Of a stretch of 64,000 bases of DNA, positions 12,824 through 28,740 are shown one piece after another. This stretch comes from Eledone cirrhosa. Taxonomy: Eukaryota. The stretch lies in contig OZ024743.1 of the NCBI GenBank assembly GCA_964016885.1, forward strand, positions 27,466,001-27,530,000, in the 5' to 3' direction. The notes beneath the pieces are model-generated. The model was not told the origin of the DNA, made no database searches, and saw only the letters and a list, made by a program, of their open reading frames with translations. The position numbers were made by a program, and so were the translations under genes. Numbering within the stretch: position 1 is the stretch's first letter; each line of letters opens with the position of its first letter.

Positions 12824-13838
12824 TTGTTATACTTTGGGAAGGTCATGTTGCCAATAAGAAACACACACACCAGTTGCTTTCACTTCAATTTATTATAAAT
12901 TAAATTTATAAATTTAGGAATTTATAAATTTCCGGTTGGTTGGTTGGTTGGTTCCACAACCAGACGATTGTTCATATATTGTCAAAGTTCTTTCGTCACA
13001 CATTCTGTGACCTCCTCACTGTATAGATGAGAAATGTATAATCTGTAAACTAAGCCCCCATATTAACTGTAAAACTAGAAATGTAGTATATAGCATAAGA
13101 TGTACTGGAGGACAATGTAGAGATAAGAATATAGTGTACACAGGTGAGACAGCTCGTATTATAGGGGAACGGATAAATGAACACTGACGAGCGCTTCAAG
13201 ATAGTAAAGAATCATCTGTACTCCGCCAACATGCTAAAATAGAACATAAGGGTAAATTAGAGAACATGGAAATATAAATAGAATCTACAGACAGAAAAGA
13301 CGCAATGTTTAGACAAATCACAGAGGCAATAAACATAAATGAACTCCAACCAGAATTAAATAGAAAACATGAATGGAATAGCAACATCACAACTTACAAT
13401 TAAGGACAAAATGAAAACACACACACACATAGAATAAACAACCAACCAGAAACATGTAAATAAACAAATAAATAAACAAATATAAACACACACAGACACC
13501 CGGATGTAACACATGCGAAAACTAAGCACACAACACACACAAAAATAAGATGGCGTAGGACAGAACAAAAGAAAGGCACAAAAACAAAGAAAAGAATCCC
13601 TAGTCACTGAAGAAGTCACAGAATGTGTTAGGAAAGATATTTGACAATATATGAACAATCGTCTGGTTGTGGAACCAACCAACCAACCGGAAATTTATAA
13701 ATTCCTAAATTTATAAATTTAGTTTATAATAAATGTGTGTTTCTTATTGGCAACATGACCCTCCCAAAGTATAACAATATCGGTTTCAACACACGTTTTC
13801 AGATAAAGCATCTTGCTAAACAAATTCAGAAACGAAAT
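12824..13838. mobile_element. PLE family D: inverted pseudo-LTR piece (12824-13020, -) plus a decayed GIY-YIG and 3' pseudo-LTR (13020-13838, +)
   Basis: Matches 34087-34900. The GETARIIGERINEH motif is interrupted by stops. Decayed HHRs at ~12981-13018 and ~13602-13646. Confidence 0.85.
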
Positions 13839-14049
13839 ATATATATATATATACATATATATATTTATTTATTTATTAGATTTATTTATTTATTTATTAT
13901 ATAGAAGTATTTATATATATATATATAAACACTTCTATATAATAAATAATTACATGTATTCATATAACTTCGTGCAGGTTTGTGCATGCGTGTCACAAGT
14001 CTAGTTATAGCACGTTAAGCGGCCATCTAGAGCCTCCTTTATACAAACA

Positions 14050-14130
14050 TAAGGTAGATTAATATCTAGATAGGTAGATTAATAGCTAGATAGATATTTA
14101 GGTAGATTAATAGATATATAGATAGGTAGG

Positions 14131-14177
<47 letters not shown>

Positions 14178-14310
14178 ATATGTAGGTAGATTAATAGATA
14201 GATAGGTAGATAGATAGATATATAGATAGGTAGGTAGATTAATAGATAGTTAGATATGTAGGGAGTTAGATTGATAAATAGATAGATAAACAGATACAGA
14301 GATAGATGTC
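14050..14310. repeat. (TAGA)n/(TAGG) tetranucleotide repeat
   Basis: Directly visible. Confidence 0.9.
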
Positions 14311-15122
14311 ACAAAATAGAATGTTTTGGTTTAGAAACTCTTTTGATATAGCCAATATATATTTCATTGTGCCCCTTTTATGACCCCGATATTCCGCAAT
14401 ATTCCATCAAAGAAAAAGACTTCATGAATACGTTTGAATGTTGAATGAGCGCATTAAATTCTAAGTGGAACGAGTAGCAATACACGAGTCGCAATATTAA
14501 ATTTTCATTGGATGCCTGGTGAACAGATATTCGCATGATTGGAAGATATAACTGTATGTATCAATGTTTGCCGCCATGAAATATTGAGTTGAATGAACTG
14601 ATGAAATAATTTGGTTGGAAGTTCTTGATATAAAAAAAATAAATACCATTAGGTTAAAAGCAAATCTTCGGAGGTAGTCGTCACATTGAAAGTACAGTTA
14701 AAACATTCTGGTTAATTTGAAACTGAAAATTATACAAAATATCATTGGAGCAAATAAAATAGTCTCAAGACATCACTTTTACAAATGTAGTATTTATAGG
14801 CAGGATTGTTTGTTTAAAGAATGTTTACGTACGTTTATTCCCCCCCCCCCCATATATACATATATATATTTGTATATATATATGTATATATATATATATG
14901 TGTATGTATTACACAGACTCACACACATTCAGAAACACACACACACACGCACACACACACACACACAGGCACACACACAGGCACGCACACGCATACACAC
15001 TCACACACGGGCACACACACACACACACACACAGGCACACACCCACACAACAAAACCCAAAACACACATAAATATATAACGCAAAAAAAGGGCCACAACT
15101 AAATGTTTCACATTTTCTGCAG

Positions 15123-15187
15123 GTATCCCAGATTCGCAGTCTAAAAGATTTCTAATTATGGATCATGACGAAGATAATGATAGTTGA
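15123..15187 (+). CDS. Candidate terminal coding exon, phase-compatible with 9018-9083
   Basis: CATTTTCTGCAG| acceptor. A phase-1 join gives (S)IPDSQSKRFLIMDHDEDNDS* with TGA at 15185-15187. Confidence 0.3.
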
Positions 15188-15673
15188 GTATAGGTCATTC
15201 TAATTAACTCAATATATTACTGGTACATCTAAAAAAAATATTATCACGTGAGTGATGAAATGCGAAGATAAACTCAGAAAATAATAAGACATAAACAACA
15301 CAAGCCATTACCCGTCTTGATAATAATCATTCTTTATACTCAGCTTAAGTTCATGTTATCAAAGCTAGATTTGGATTCAAGAATATAAACTTCAGATTTA
15401 TTATCTTGTCCGTTGCAAGCTGTCAGTCTACCAGATGTAACATTGTCAGAAGCTTTGGCAGGCCTGCTACCCTCTATAAACGCAAACGGAGAGTATCATG
15501 AAAAAAGTGCCCCAAAACTGGGTGAAATGAGGCAAAATGAGGAGATTTTACATAATAAAAGCTATACCCATTTCCACAAGAGAAGACACCTGTGACCCAG
15601 CCCAAAGTGGGTGGGAAATCTCCCCGTCGGACAGGGAGAATTGCCAGATCTGCTTTGGTATTCCTTAGCAGTT

Positions 15674-16171
15674 CTTCTTTTCGTATCTTCGAAGCATGTG
15701 GTTATATGACAGTTTCCCATTTCTTTACACAGTCCTTTGCATTATTATTAAATCCTGCGAGATCTTTTAAGCTGCACTGGTTGGGTAGTAGAAGGCAAAC
15801 AAGGCAGTGCTGCATCGTATGGTCCTCCTCTCCGCATTCGCAGATGGTTGGGCCGGTATTGTATACCCATCTGGCCATAGCAGCTTTTGATCACCCCATT
15901 CCTGTTCTCAGGCGGTTGAGTGTCTTCCACTGGACCCACGGTGCTTCTGAGCCAGGAGGGAGGGCTTCAGAAGGGGAAATTCCCATGTCAATAGGAGGGG
16001 AGTCATTCTCTAGCTTTCTAGTCCATAGCTGTAGTCTGGTTTCTTCCTGAGATGTTGTTAGGGGCTGGACATGGCTGAGGAAGCTTCTCCTTGACTTCAG
16101 TCGTTGGGCCGGAGGTTCACGCCCGTGAAGGAGGTGGCGTTCATCACTGATAGCCTTTGTGATCTCTACTC
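15674..16171 (-). mobile_element. 5'-truncated Vingi/Ingi-like LINE 3' end
   Basis: Minus translation: WKTLNRLRTGMG*SKAAMARW..CECGEEDHTMQHCLVC..CSLKDL..WETVI*. (AAG)-type tail. 6-bp TSD GCAGTT at 15668-15673 and 16172-16177. Confidence 0.75.
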
Positions 16172-16534
16172 GCAGTTAAATGAAGTAGTTTAAATTAAAA
16201 AATGTTGCTCACAACGTAACATTTAATAGATATATAATTTCGACTCATAGAATTTCAATCGCTTTTCCATCATCTTAAAATCATATGAAGTGGTTATGAT
16301 AATTTAGTTGTTATAATTTGTCTTATAATTGAACACCTAATTAATCTGAAAATAATCTCATTTTATCATGCGTTTATCTTCAAGTCTCATATAAATATAA
16401 TATTCGTGAAAAGCATTACGCTTCGCCTTGCGTTTAGATAATATCAGTGATTTAAGACATAAATTACCGATAAACTATTATGAATTCTGGTGTAGTCTAT
16501 CTATTGAAATATCTTCAGCTGTTACAGTCAACAG

Positions 16535-16712
16535 TGGGTTGGTAGTATCGGTAGAGGGTCGGACGCCATGCTTTGTAGCATAGAGTTAGGCCCCTTTATG
16601 GTCTGAGTTCAAATCCCGCCGAGGTTAACTTTGCCTTTCATCCTTACGGGGTCAATAACCAGTAATGCACTGGGATAATTGCTGGACTTGTGCCAAAAGT
16701 AGAAACTATTAT
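16535..16712 (+). mobile_element. tRNA-derived Meta-like SINE
   Basis: Same family as 11390-11555. Confidence 0.8.
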
Positions 16713-17899
16713 TAGGTAGCCGAAGTAACGTTTATTTATAAGAGGAAGTCTTCAAATATAAGCATTATCTGCATTTTATAAATCACTGTCTGAAAAGATG
16801 ATAATGTTGAAGGATAGATGGTATTAAATTTTAATTTTTAGTTAACATAAAGTTGATTTGATTAAATTGTACATTGCTATAAATTGCTTTTATTGCAATA
16901 AGGTAGTGATCAAATACACCTGAAAATTAAAAGAATTACACTATCAGGGTTGATAAAGCAACTACTAGAAATGTAGTGGCATTCATTCAATATCAACAAA
17001 TGTCAGGTTTGTACCTAGGCTAAAGAAAAATACGGAGAAGAAAAAAAAAGAAGTCGCATAATTATTTTATCTTAACTCGTTTATGTGAGTCAGAAAGGAG
17101 GAGAGATTTGCATTTTTAATATCATGGCATTACTATATTTTATTCCATTTACTGACAGTCATAGTAAATGTTGGTAAACGGACTTGGATACTCTGAGATG
17201 GAAATTATAAAAGTAATCGATATGTCGCTTGAAAGAATCGTGGAAAAAAGTAAATGAAAATAAAATGCATTTTTCTTAAAAGTGATGAAATAAAAATAGT
17301 AGGATGAAAATAGCAACCCCCACAACAACCACCACCACCACCATTGCAAATCTTAGTAACACTAAGTTTATCTTGCACTAATACGAAATGATAAAAATGT
17401 CACAACTGAAGTGTAATAGAATCAATCTGTTTGTTATGACTGACTTGATAATACCGAACAGTTACTCATGGGACGGAGTGGATATATGTTCAAACAAAGA
17501 TATGAAGAAAAATATTCATTGCTAGAGTAGCAGGTTGAAATTATAATCTAGTTATTGATAAATAAAATGTAGATAAATACGAGCAATATATCACTGCAAT
17601 GTAATCTTCAAATTTTCCCTACTCATCTCATTCGTCTTTATTTATTTTTGTCATTTTATTTATTTCTCTCAGATTCAAATGAAAACCTTCTATCTGTACG
17701 TTCTAGTTAATATATAATACTAAATATATCTATAATCTATGGTATAATGTAAAGGATGAGAGAACAGAGTGAATGAGAGAAAGGAAAGTTGTGTTGAACG
17801 GAGAGATAAAGTTGACGTGCATGGAGAGATAATTGCAGAAAAGAAGGATGTCTGAAATGTAAATGCTCGTCATGAATAATAGAAATTAATGAACGAGTT

Positions 17900-18750
17900 G
17901 AAGCTTTGAAAATATGCATGTAATTCATAAATCCGGAAACACTCAACACTTCATAATTGCTTTTAATTTTAATTTGATGAATAAATATTTAGATCTCCAT
18001 AAGTTGGTTTCATCATGTTAAGGAGTTCTTTAAAATCTTCGATTTCATTCCATAGTAAGTGTTGAAGCCAACACAACAATTGAACATGATTCATTATATT
18101 TAAAGATTTTTATTATATCTTTCATTTCGTTCTATAGTTCAGCTTCCTGCAAGCGTGCCATTCGAACACATATCGTGCGAAGCAGAAATATATTATAGCT
18201 TTTGTACGGGGCTGGTTTCGCTTAAAACAGCTTTTCAAAAGTTTTTTCATGTCTAATTTTCTAAGTTTCCATCTTTAATATTATTTGCACTTAAGTTTTT
18301 GTTAAATCAAGGAACGTAACTGGTTGTATCTTTGCTCTCTATGTCGGGAAAAACAATTACTTGACAAGGAACATAACTCTGGTCTGTCAAGACATTAAAA
18401 TTATGTGTGCAAAGAGTTCTACATTGGCCTAAATCTTACTGTAGAAACGTTTCTTTGCCAAATCTCTAGATGCGTTTAAGGAAAGCTTTCAATAAGAAGT
18501 CTAAGCAGTTACTTAGGCGATGTGAATAATAAATCGGGCCTGTTATGATGGATCTTAGTTTTAAGTCGATTGATGTGGATGTATTTACACAATTGGTTTT
18601 CGACTTTTTTCGTGTCTCATTAATCAGTTCGTTCTTGTGTATTTTCGATAATCCTTACAGATAGATTACATATTTTAAAAGGATTACAACAAATGCAAAG
18701 TTGCAAACCAGAATTAAAGAACCTGAAATGAAAGATGCATACGAACTATC
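17900..18750 (-). pseudogene. Highly decayed Penelope-like RT fragment
   Basis: Minus translation around 18490-18660: GLSKIHKNELIN..DLKLRSIITGP..HRLSNCLDFLLKAF, matching the PLE GLPKIHK..RPII pattern. Boundaries approximate. Confidence 0.6.
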
Positions 18751-19169
18751 TGTGGAGTGTGCCAATATCTATTAGAAGGCTACGAATTCCACTTCAAAGA
18801 AGGCTCTATATACAAAATTACAAATGACTTCTCGTGCAGCTCAGAACATTTAGTATATATTATAAATGTAAGGGTTACTATGAAGACTACATTGGCCAAA
18901 CATGATTAGCACGCCGACAAAGAATGACAGTTTACCGCCAGCAATTTAGAGACCCACACACAGGAAAAATCCTTCTCAGCCGTCCTATAGAGGAATACGG
19001 AGGGCGACCGTAACCAAATTTCAATATATTCTCATTCTAGCAATGTTGACAGTCAACACCAGAGGAAACAAGCTACACATTTTTATTAAGTATGGTTAGG
19101 TGGTCTGTAAAAACCAGTAAATTATCTAGGATGCAGGTGGGAATCATCCGAGATAAAGATGTGCTTGAA

Positions 19170-19640
19170 GAGACACAGGTCAAAACTTTCTTGCATGCCG
19201 ACTAGGAAAGACATATTTTGCCCCACGAGTTCAGGGTATTGGTTGATAAACCAACGATATTTGTTTTTCTGTGGTGGATAAATTGCATCTCGTACCTCGT
19301 CCATTATAAGATTTTGCTTTCACCAAAATACTCCTGTTGGTGGAGTTTACGATACCGGTATCTGTCAGTCACCAGATATATTGTGAGAAGGATGTTAATT
19401 TCAACAATAGTCTATTCCTGAATGGACCCAGATGTTGAGAGAAACGGTTCTGGAAGTTGCTTTCAGTAAGTCCTTGGGGTATGTTATGGGTCCATGCAGT
19501 TCTTTTAATGTGATTCATAATCTGCGATTCCATAGTTTTAAGGCAGCTATATGTTACCTCCAATATGGTTTTTAAAGATATTGTTATACCAGTGTCTGAT
19601 GGCAAAATGTTGTTTGCCATCAGACACTTGTTACTGTTCA
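19170..19640 (-). pseudogene. Decayed PLE GIY-YIG endonuclease fragment
   Basis: GLTESNFQNRFSQH..TSFSQYIW..KAKSY..RCNL..EK..SRHARKF, with stops and frameshifts. Confidence 0.6.
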
Positions 19641-20291
19641 AATTTTAAACTGATATCCACTTTCTTTAGCTAGTATCATCATCATCTGATTCACCATTTC
19701 TTCTTTGTCCTCATCATGATCATCATAAGCACTACCATTATCAGTGTTTACTCACAAGAGGTCTATGTTATTGTCTACTAAACTATCTACTTAATAAATT
19801 AATTGTTTATCAATAGATATCCCCTCACATTTATTTTACTTTATTTATCATCAACTGTTTATTATCATCCTCATCTTATACACTATCAGTATTAACTGTT
19901 TTTATCATCAACATCATATCATCATCATCATTATCATCATCATCTTAAGCACCATCAGTTCACTGGAAATTTATTTAGTAAATCACATTCTTAATTATAT
20001 TTTCTATTAGTTGATACTGACTCACCCTTTTAATCATCATCATCATCATATACAGTTCACAAGAAGTCTCTTTCACTGATCATTCTTTTCATTTGTTTTT
20101 AGATAATTGTATTAATTCATTAATTAATTTATTCCACTCTTTTTTCTTTTTCTTCTCCATACTTTCCCTTCTGTTTTCTCCGTGTTCGTTGGTTTCCTTT
20201 TTTTCTTTTTCTTTCATATTCTCCTTCCTCATATTCCCTCTATCACTGTCCTCATTTCTCATATATAGGTTGACATCTTAACCTCGTATAA

Positions 20292-20373
20292 GCGTCTGAT
20301 CTTAGGTCTCAATTTTGATCCCTCTTAGATTCTGGGGATATGGTCAATATTGGGCCTTGAAACCTCAGGTAGC
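20292..20373 (+). ncRNA. Decayed hammerhead (core damaged)
   Basis: CTGAT.., a long helix II (aggtc..caat/attgggcct), GAAA CCTCAGG TA. Confidence 0.35.
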
Positions 20374-20537
20374 ATTTTTCCTCCGTGTATTAATATAAAT
20401 AAACAATACATTTCTGCTCTTTCCGATTGACCACTCTTTTCCTTTTTCTTTTTCCACACCAACAGATATACGTTTGTATATACATACATATATATATATG
20501 TGTGCGCGCGCGCGCGTGTGTGTCAGCATGTGCCTGC

Positions 20538-20602
<65 letters not shown>

Positions 20603-20627
20603 TGTAATAAACAACATAAGATAATTA

Positions 20628-20688
20628 TTTCATTTACCAGTGGTTTCTTGAAAGCAAGCAAAATTTGCTTTCAGTCATCAGAATGAAA
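20628..20688 (-). ncRNA. Type I hammerhead ribozyme, canonical core (family P)
   Basis: Minus: TTTCATT CTGATGA c TGAAAGCAA attttgc TTGCTTTCA a GAAA CCACTGG TA | AATGAAA; 7-bp stem I and 9-bp stem II. Confidence 0.8.
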
Positions 20689-21285
20689 ATATCCTGGTGT
20701 ATTTATTGACAGTGGATTTTAAAAACAAAAATATAATCTATATGAAAGTGAGACTGGAAAAGGAAGAAGGAAAGGAAAAAGAATAAATATAAAAGTACAT
20801 AAACACACATGCACGCACACACACGCACACACACATATACATACACACACACACATATATATATATATATCCATACATACACATACACATAAACACACAA
20901 ACACACATATTATATATATATATATATATATACACACACATACTCATATATATACACACGCACAGACACACATACATACACACATATATACACAAGCATA
21001 CATACGCACACACATATATAGATATATATACACACACCTACATACGCACACACACAATTAATTATGAACACACATATAATGCAATAGGCCGTCACATAAA
21101 ATTAAAAATGTACGACTTAAGAAAATAAAAATTATTATAAAGTTGACAGCGATACAGGAAAAGACACAAATAAATAAACAAACACATGTGGTAAGCAATA
21201 CACACATCTACACATATACATACATACATATAAATATATACATACACACATACATATACACACACAAACACACATATATATATAT

Positions 21286-21518
21286 GTTGAAAATTGCAAA
21301 CTTGACTGTCACCACACATTATCAACCAGAAGATTGCGAAAGCATGAAAGTACTTGTTCAATTAACACTTAACATTTAATATTCTACCATACTATTTCAT
21401 TCTAATACCATTATACATTTTAAAGGATTGTAAATAAAACGAGTAAATCAGACAAAGTTTGAATTCCTTTTATTAATATAATCTTGTATACACAATCATA
21501 CACACCCGTGTATATTTC

Positions 21519-21530
<12 letters not shown>
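21286..21530 (+). mobile_element. ~240-nt HHR-containing unit (family N) ending in (CT)n; HHR at 21324-21358
   Basis: Highly similar to 63322-63552, with essentially the same boundaries. The core here reads CAGAAGA. Confidence 0.75.
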
Positions 21531-21574
<44 letters not shown>

Positions 21575-21866
21575 TCTCCCCCCTCTCTCCCTCTCTCCCT
21601 CCTCTCTCTCTCTCTTTATATATATATATATATAAGAAAATATATAAATATTATATATATATAAAAATAAAAATAAAAATAAAAAGGTGGAATAGTTGGG
21701 AATACGACAATAATAAATAAATAAATAAAGGTATAAATGTTTATACCTGATTTAGAGCACTCAACAAGTTCCTGGAGCAAATAATCAATGAAAATTAAAT
21801 CACTCTGTATGTAATTATGCATATACATACACATATATACATACACACACACACACACACAACCAT

Positions 21867-21944
<78 letters not shown>

Positions 21945-22047
21945 GGAAAAAGTATGACCCCGACGGCAGAGCTCAAGCCGTTTTGACGGCTATTATAGAT
22001 ATATATATATATAAATATATATTTATATATATATATATATAAATACA

Positions 22048-22880
22048 TTTCGTTTCTGAATTTGTTTAGCAAGATTCTTTATCTGAAATCGTGTGTTGAA
22101 ACCGATATTGTTATACTTTTGGAGGGTCATGTTGCCAATAAGAAACACACGCACCAGTTGCTTTCACTTCAATTTAATTTATTATATATTTATAAATTTA
22201 CAAATTTATAAATTTCTGGTTGGTTGGTTCCACAACCAGATAGTTGTTTATATATATATAGTCATAGTTCTTTCGTCACACACTCTGTGACCTCTTCAGT
22301 GACTGGGGATTTCTTTCTTCGTTTCTGTGCCTTTCCTTTCTTCTATCCTACGCCATTTTGTTTGTGTGTGGGTTGCGTGCTCAGTTTGCGCATGCGCCAC
22401 ATCCGGGTGTCTGTGTGTGTTTGTGTTCATTTTTCTATTTTTCTATTTATATTTTTCTATTTGTTTGTTTATTTATTTATTTATTGTTGGTTGGTTGTTT
22501 GTTCTATGTGTGTGTGTGTTTTCATTTTGTCTTGTGTGTGTTTTCATTTTGTGTGTGTTTTCAATTGTAAGTTGTTTGTTCTATGTGTGTGTGTGTTTTC
22601 ATTTTGTCCTTAATTGTAAGTTGTGATGTTGCTGTTCCACTCATATTTTCTATTTAATTTTGGTTTTAATTCTTTTATGCTTACTGCCTCTGTAATTTGC
22701 CTAAACATTGCGTCTTTCTTGTGTGTGGATTCTATTTTTATTTCTATACTCTCTAATTTACCCCTGTGTTCTATCTTAGCATGTTGGTAGAGCACAGATG
22801 ATTCTTTATTATCTTGGAGGTCTCGCCAGTGTTCATTTATTCGTTCCCCTATACTACGAGCTGTCTCACCTATGTACACT
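22048..22880 (-). mobile_element. PLE family D, 5'-truncated: C-terminal GIY-YIG (22610-22879) plus 3' pseudo-LTR
   Basis: YIGETARSIGERINEH..LYQH..RQITEAVSI..LNRKYEW; matches 34087-34810. Confidence 0.9.
22260..22304 (-). ncRNA. Minimal type I hammerhead ribozyme (family D)
   Basis: Same fold as 4528-4572. Confidence 0.75.
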
Positions 22881-22899
22881 ATATTTTTGTTTCTATAAA

Positions 22900-24587
<1,688 letters not shown>

Positions 24588-24650
24588 CAATTATTGGTAA
24601 CGACACAGCACCGTTCTCACTTTTTTAATTCATATTAATTTAATGCTGTG

Positions 24651-24842
24651 AAGGGAGGTGAATTGGCAGTATCGGTAGAGGGTCGGGCGCCATGCTTTCC
24701 AGCATAGTTACGTCCCTTTACAGTCTGAGTTCAAATCCCGCCGAGGTTAACTTGGTCTTTCATCCTTACGAGGTCGATAAAATAAAGTACCAGTAATGCA
24801 CTGGGTAATTGCTGGCATTGTGCCTAAAGTAGAAACAATTAC
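24651..24842 (+). mobile_element. tRNA-derived Meta-like SINE
   Basis: Family consensus match; imperfect TSD TTTAATG(C/T)TGTG on both sides. Confidence 0.85.
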
Positions 24843-25599
24843 TTTAATGTTGTGGCCTCCGATTACTTCTCTCTGTTCTCTCGCTCACTCACGTATTATT
24901 GTTAATACGACTTTAGAACTTAAACTCAGCCAGTTTGTATTAGCTCATTTCTTTCTCTCTCCCACTTGCTGATTCTCTTTCTGTCTTACTATCTATATCC
25001 TTACTCCTTTCTCTCTTTGTTCTCTTACTACTCTTCCACTCTTACCCACTTCCGTTTTCCTTCGCCTCTTCCTTTCTACGACTGTTGTCACTACGACTAG
25101 ACGTTTTTTCTCTTTCTCCCGCTTGTTGTTACTATGTTTTCAGAACTAATGTTCGGCCCTAGTCTTACCCCTTTTCCTTTCCTTTACCCTCGGCAACTAC
25201 CAAACCTTCATGTACCGCTGGCTTCGTCTTTTCCTCTTTCTCTATCGGTATGTCTTTCTTTTTTTTTCTGTTTTCGTATTTTTGTCGAACTCTTCGTTAT
25301 AGTTCGTTGTGTTTCTTCCCGGATAGCTATCCATTAACGCACTGCGCTGAGATGTACTATCTTTAATGCGATCGAAACATCAGCAGTGATTCACAGAAAA
25401 CAGCCAATAAGCGGGAACTGTCCTTGTGTTTGTGTTTCACTCACGTTTTCTAAATAATATATAAATAAATATATATAAAGGTTAACTTTATGTGAGTGCA
25501 ATGTAATACGAGGTAAATTCAAATTAGTTTTGTGTGTATTTAGAATTTAAAATATTTATAATAGTGAAAATGTAAGCATTATCGATATTACGATTTCAA

Positions 25600-27750
25600 G
25601 GAAACTGACAATATGTGAGACATGGCATATGAACATTTAAAGTGAGACAGAAAGCGTTAATATGGTCACACTGTCGAATAGAGTGAAAGAGGAAAAGCCA
25701 GTTAGACAAAAGACAAGTTATCTACCGGAAAAACGATGACGGCGGAAATCGATGAAATGTTGAATGGCTAAAGTTATTGTTGGGGAAAATAGGATATGGG
25801 AATTTCACATCCCTGGTGAATATTAGTTGTGAGCCTCTAAGGAGCGGGAAAAAGAAATAGGAAAGGTAAAGGTTATAGTTAGAATGTTTTATATGGAAGA
25901 GTAGCGATAAAACAAGAAGTAACATGAGTTTCTGAAGTTAACAACTAATGGAGTTCCGGGGTGCATCAATAAAAGGAGAAATATGGCAACCCTATTCGTT
26001 AAGTTTACATAGCTTCTGAAGAACATAGATAATAGCTGTAAGAGCTCTCTTCATTGTGATGCTAGTGGCGCCCGTAGTGAGTATACGGTAATAACTTAGT
26101 AACGTAATCATATTGGATAGTGTAGTCATTTAGATAACATGAAGTATGATGATATTAAGAGTATCTTGAAGATGATAAAATATGATTAACCGTTGATTCA
26201 AGGTTATTTTGCATCATTCAAAATTAATATGTAAAATCTGTCTTACTATATCAGTCACATGGATAATCGAAGGATATGTGTATATAGGGAGGCTATGATA
26301 CAGAGCGGAAAACTAGCGGCATGCATTGTACTATGGAATTCTAATATCCAAATTGATTCATGATTATATAACTTCCATTTACTAAGAATTCAAATGACTA
26401 TCATGCGCTATATAAAGTCTTGAATACTCCTCAATAAATTTAATTAAGCTGATACTTCTCAAATTGACTTATTTAATCTCAAGTAATAATGTTCGACACC
26501 GTTTAGCATTCTTCCATTATGCCACTCTATCCTGCCGGAGAGAAATATAGGTGTTGGAGAGCTTCACTCTAAAGCATCAGTGATCGTTAGTAATCACTAC
26601 ACGCAAATGTTAACAATCTCTATTCTTTCGCAGCCATAACAAGTACCAAGATGGTAATCATAATTCATTACAGTTACTACCCTAGCATTACAGGCAATAA
26701 TTCTCTTATAATTGGTAAGTTGAGCTGTATGCTCATTCGCAATTCAGCACACAACATAGTGGTATTGATTTGAGACGAAACAATATCCTGTCAGTCAAGT
26801 GCCTGATGCTTAATATCTCAATTAATGTGTGTCCACATCTTCTGAATACTGACGAGCTAACAACCTAAGTCTATCATCACAGAAATGCGACAGAATCCGT
26901 TTAAAGGGAGAGAAGAATTCATTTAATAAATGCTTAATTTCTTCATAGTCTAGATAACATCAATTTAGTCATGAAATATGATATACAAAGCCATGTTTCT
27001 GTCAACGAAATAGCTAAAACTTCCAATGGCATAAGAGTCTATTGACACTAAATATGTAAATTAATTCAAAGATCTGTAAAATATCTGGTACACAGCTGTT
27101 CCTGGCTGATATTAATCATGATAACTGAACAAAGAAATTACTGTATTTCACTTCCTAAGGCTTGTTGATAATGGTTTTACATAAACATGGTAATTATCAG
27201 TAATCGGTTTTCAGATAGATTTGAAGTCAGACATATTTTGACGTAGGTGGAGTTGTAGAATGCATTATTTGCTCGAAAGTTTAGTAAGCAATTTAAATAA
27301 CATGGCCGGATCTATTCAACGTGTGTTTAATATCTAATATACGGTGACTCAACAATTAACACATTGTGCATTATTGGTGATTATTTCAACTGCTTACATT
27401 TTGTAAGACAGAAATGACATACAAAGGATCACACTCAGCAATACGATATGCCAATTCAGCTACCGTCACGCACAGATGTATATCTATACAATCTATATCC
27501 ACTCTAGTGCAATGTTGACTGTAACTTCAAACGAGTCAGCTTCAACGCAATTGCTCAATATTGCAAAGAATATCATCAAATTGTCCTTGAAATTTCATCC
27601 TATTATTTAAAAAAAAACGATTCTTTCGATATTATTTACCTAGACATGACAGATCTAAACAGGCAATGATATGGTTACCGTTGAACGCTGTGAGTAAATA
27701 TCCACTGGTTCAAGCATGAATTTGGGATTTGACAACTATAACAACAACGA
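25600..27750 (+). mobile_element. Possible very old RLE-type (R4-like) non-LTR retrotransposon remnant
   Basis: Non-repetitive, coding-like composition with only faint motifs (YYLPRHD near 27630 after Cys/His remnants). No intact ORF. Confidence 0.3.
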
Positions 27751-28439
27751 CAACGAAGATAACAACTGCAACACCTCTAAAACAGTAAGAATTGATATAT
27801 TGACGAGCAGCGAATTTAGCATTTATTGTTATTTAGCGACATTCTACAACGTTCTGAGTTAAATGTTCTTTATTAATTAGAGTTTGATAAAGTAAGTACT
27901 AATGAAATATATTCATCGATTTCTCCAAATATCTGACCAAGATTCCAGATTAGAAATGTATAATATCTGACGAAGCCTGACTGTTGAAGAACAATATGGA
28001 TCGAATTTGAGGGAATATGGCTGAATAAATATTGATATCTATATCATCTTTATAAAATCCACATGCAACTACTCTAAAGAACTCAATATAGGTGACTGTT
28101 GAAGTTTATGTTTGAAATAGTGTAACATTATCATTAAGTAGCCTCTGCTTAGGCAGGCTGAATGGCATGGGTCGACATCCCTTTCATTTTTGTGTTGTCC
28201 AGATACATTCATTCTATTTTACCCCTGTAATTTTTGATATTATCCACCTACGTAATTCTTCCCTTTATCTACCATTTATGGCTATTTATATTGCTTACTA
28301 CTAATAGAATCTGTAAAAATATACCCAGAATATTCTAGCTGTCCCTCTTTCATGTTTTTAATATCTAAAAATTATATTCTTCCTGAAATGCATACAAACA
28401 TAATAGGTAATAGTTAATGCAGGTTAGGTAATACAGATG

Positions 28440-28740
28440 GAAGAGCATTATCGGTAGAGCGTCGGATACAATGCTTCGCAGCTTAGAGTTATGGCCCTTT
28501 ACGGTCTGAGTTCAAATCCCGCCGAGGTTAACTTTGCCTTTCATCCTTACGGGGTCGATAAAATAAAGTACCAGTGACGTACTGGGGTCGATTTATCGAC
28601 TTTCCCCTACCCCCAAATTACTGGCCTTGTGCCTATACTAGAAATCATTATCGCCCTTTTGAAATCATTATTTATAACAAAAGTACCAGTAATATACTGG
28701 GTAATTTCTGGCCTTGTGCCAAAAGTGAAACAATTATTTA
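28440..28740 (+). mobile_element. tRNA-derived Meta-like SINE with a duplicated 3' end
   Basis: Family consensus match; the AAGTACCAGT..CTGGCCTTGTGCC tail occurs twice. Confidence 0.85.

Noticed and set aside
17673-17695. Possible 23-nt micro-exon after a pyrimidine tract; similar acceptors at ~32191, ~32893, ~53996, ~58843
   Set aside because: Weak donors or early stops; cannot be joined into a consistent frame.
22224-22626. Recurrent MVPQPDSCLYI.. ORFs (also at 34263, 36441, 13356)
   Set aside because: Antisense readings of the GT-rich family D pseudo-LTR; they recur because of element copies, not coding selection.
25380-25500. CCAAT and GCGGGAA motifs followed by a GTGAGT donor (possible promoter or first exon)
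   Set aside because: Short motifs only; no downstream exon chain I can support.
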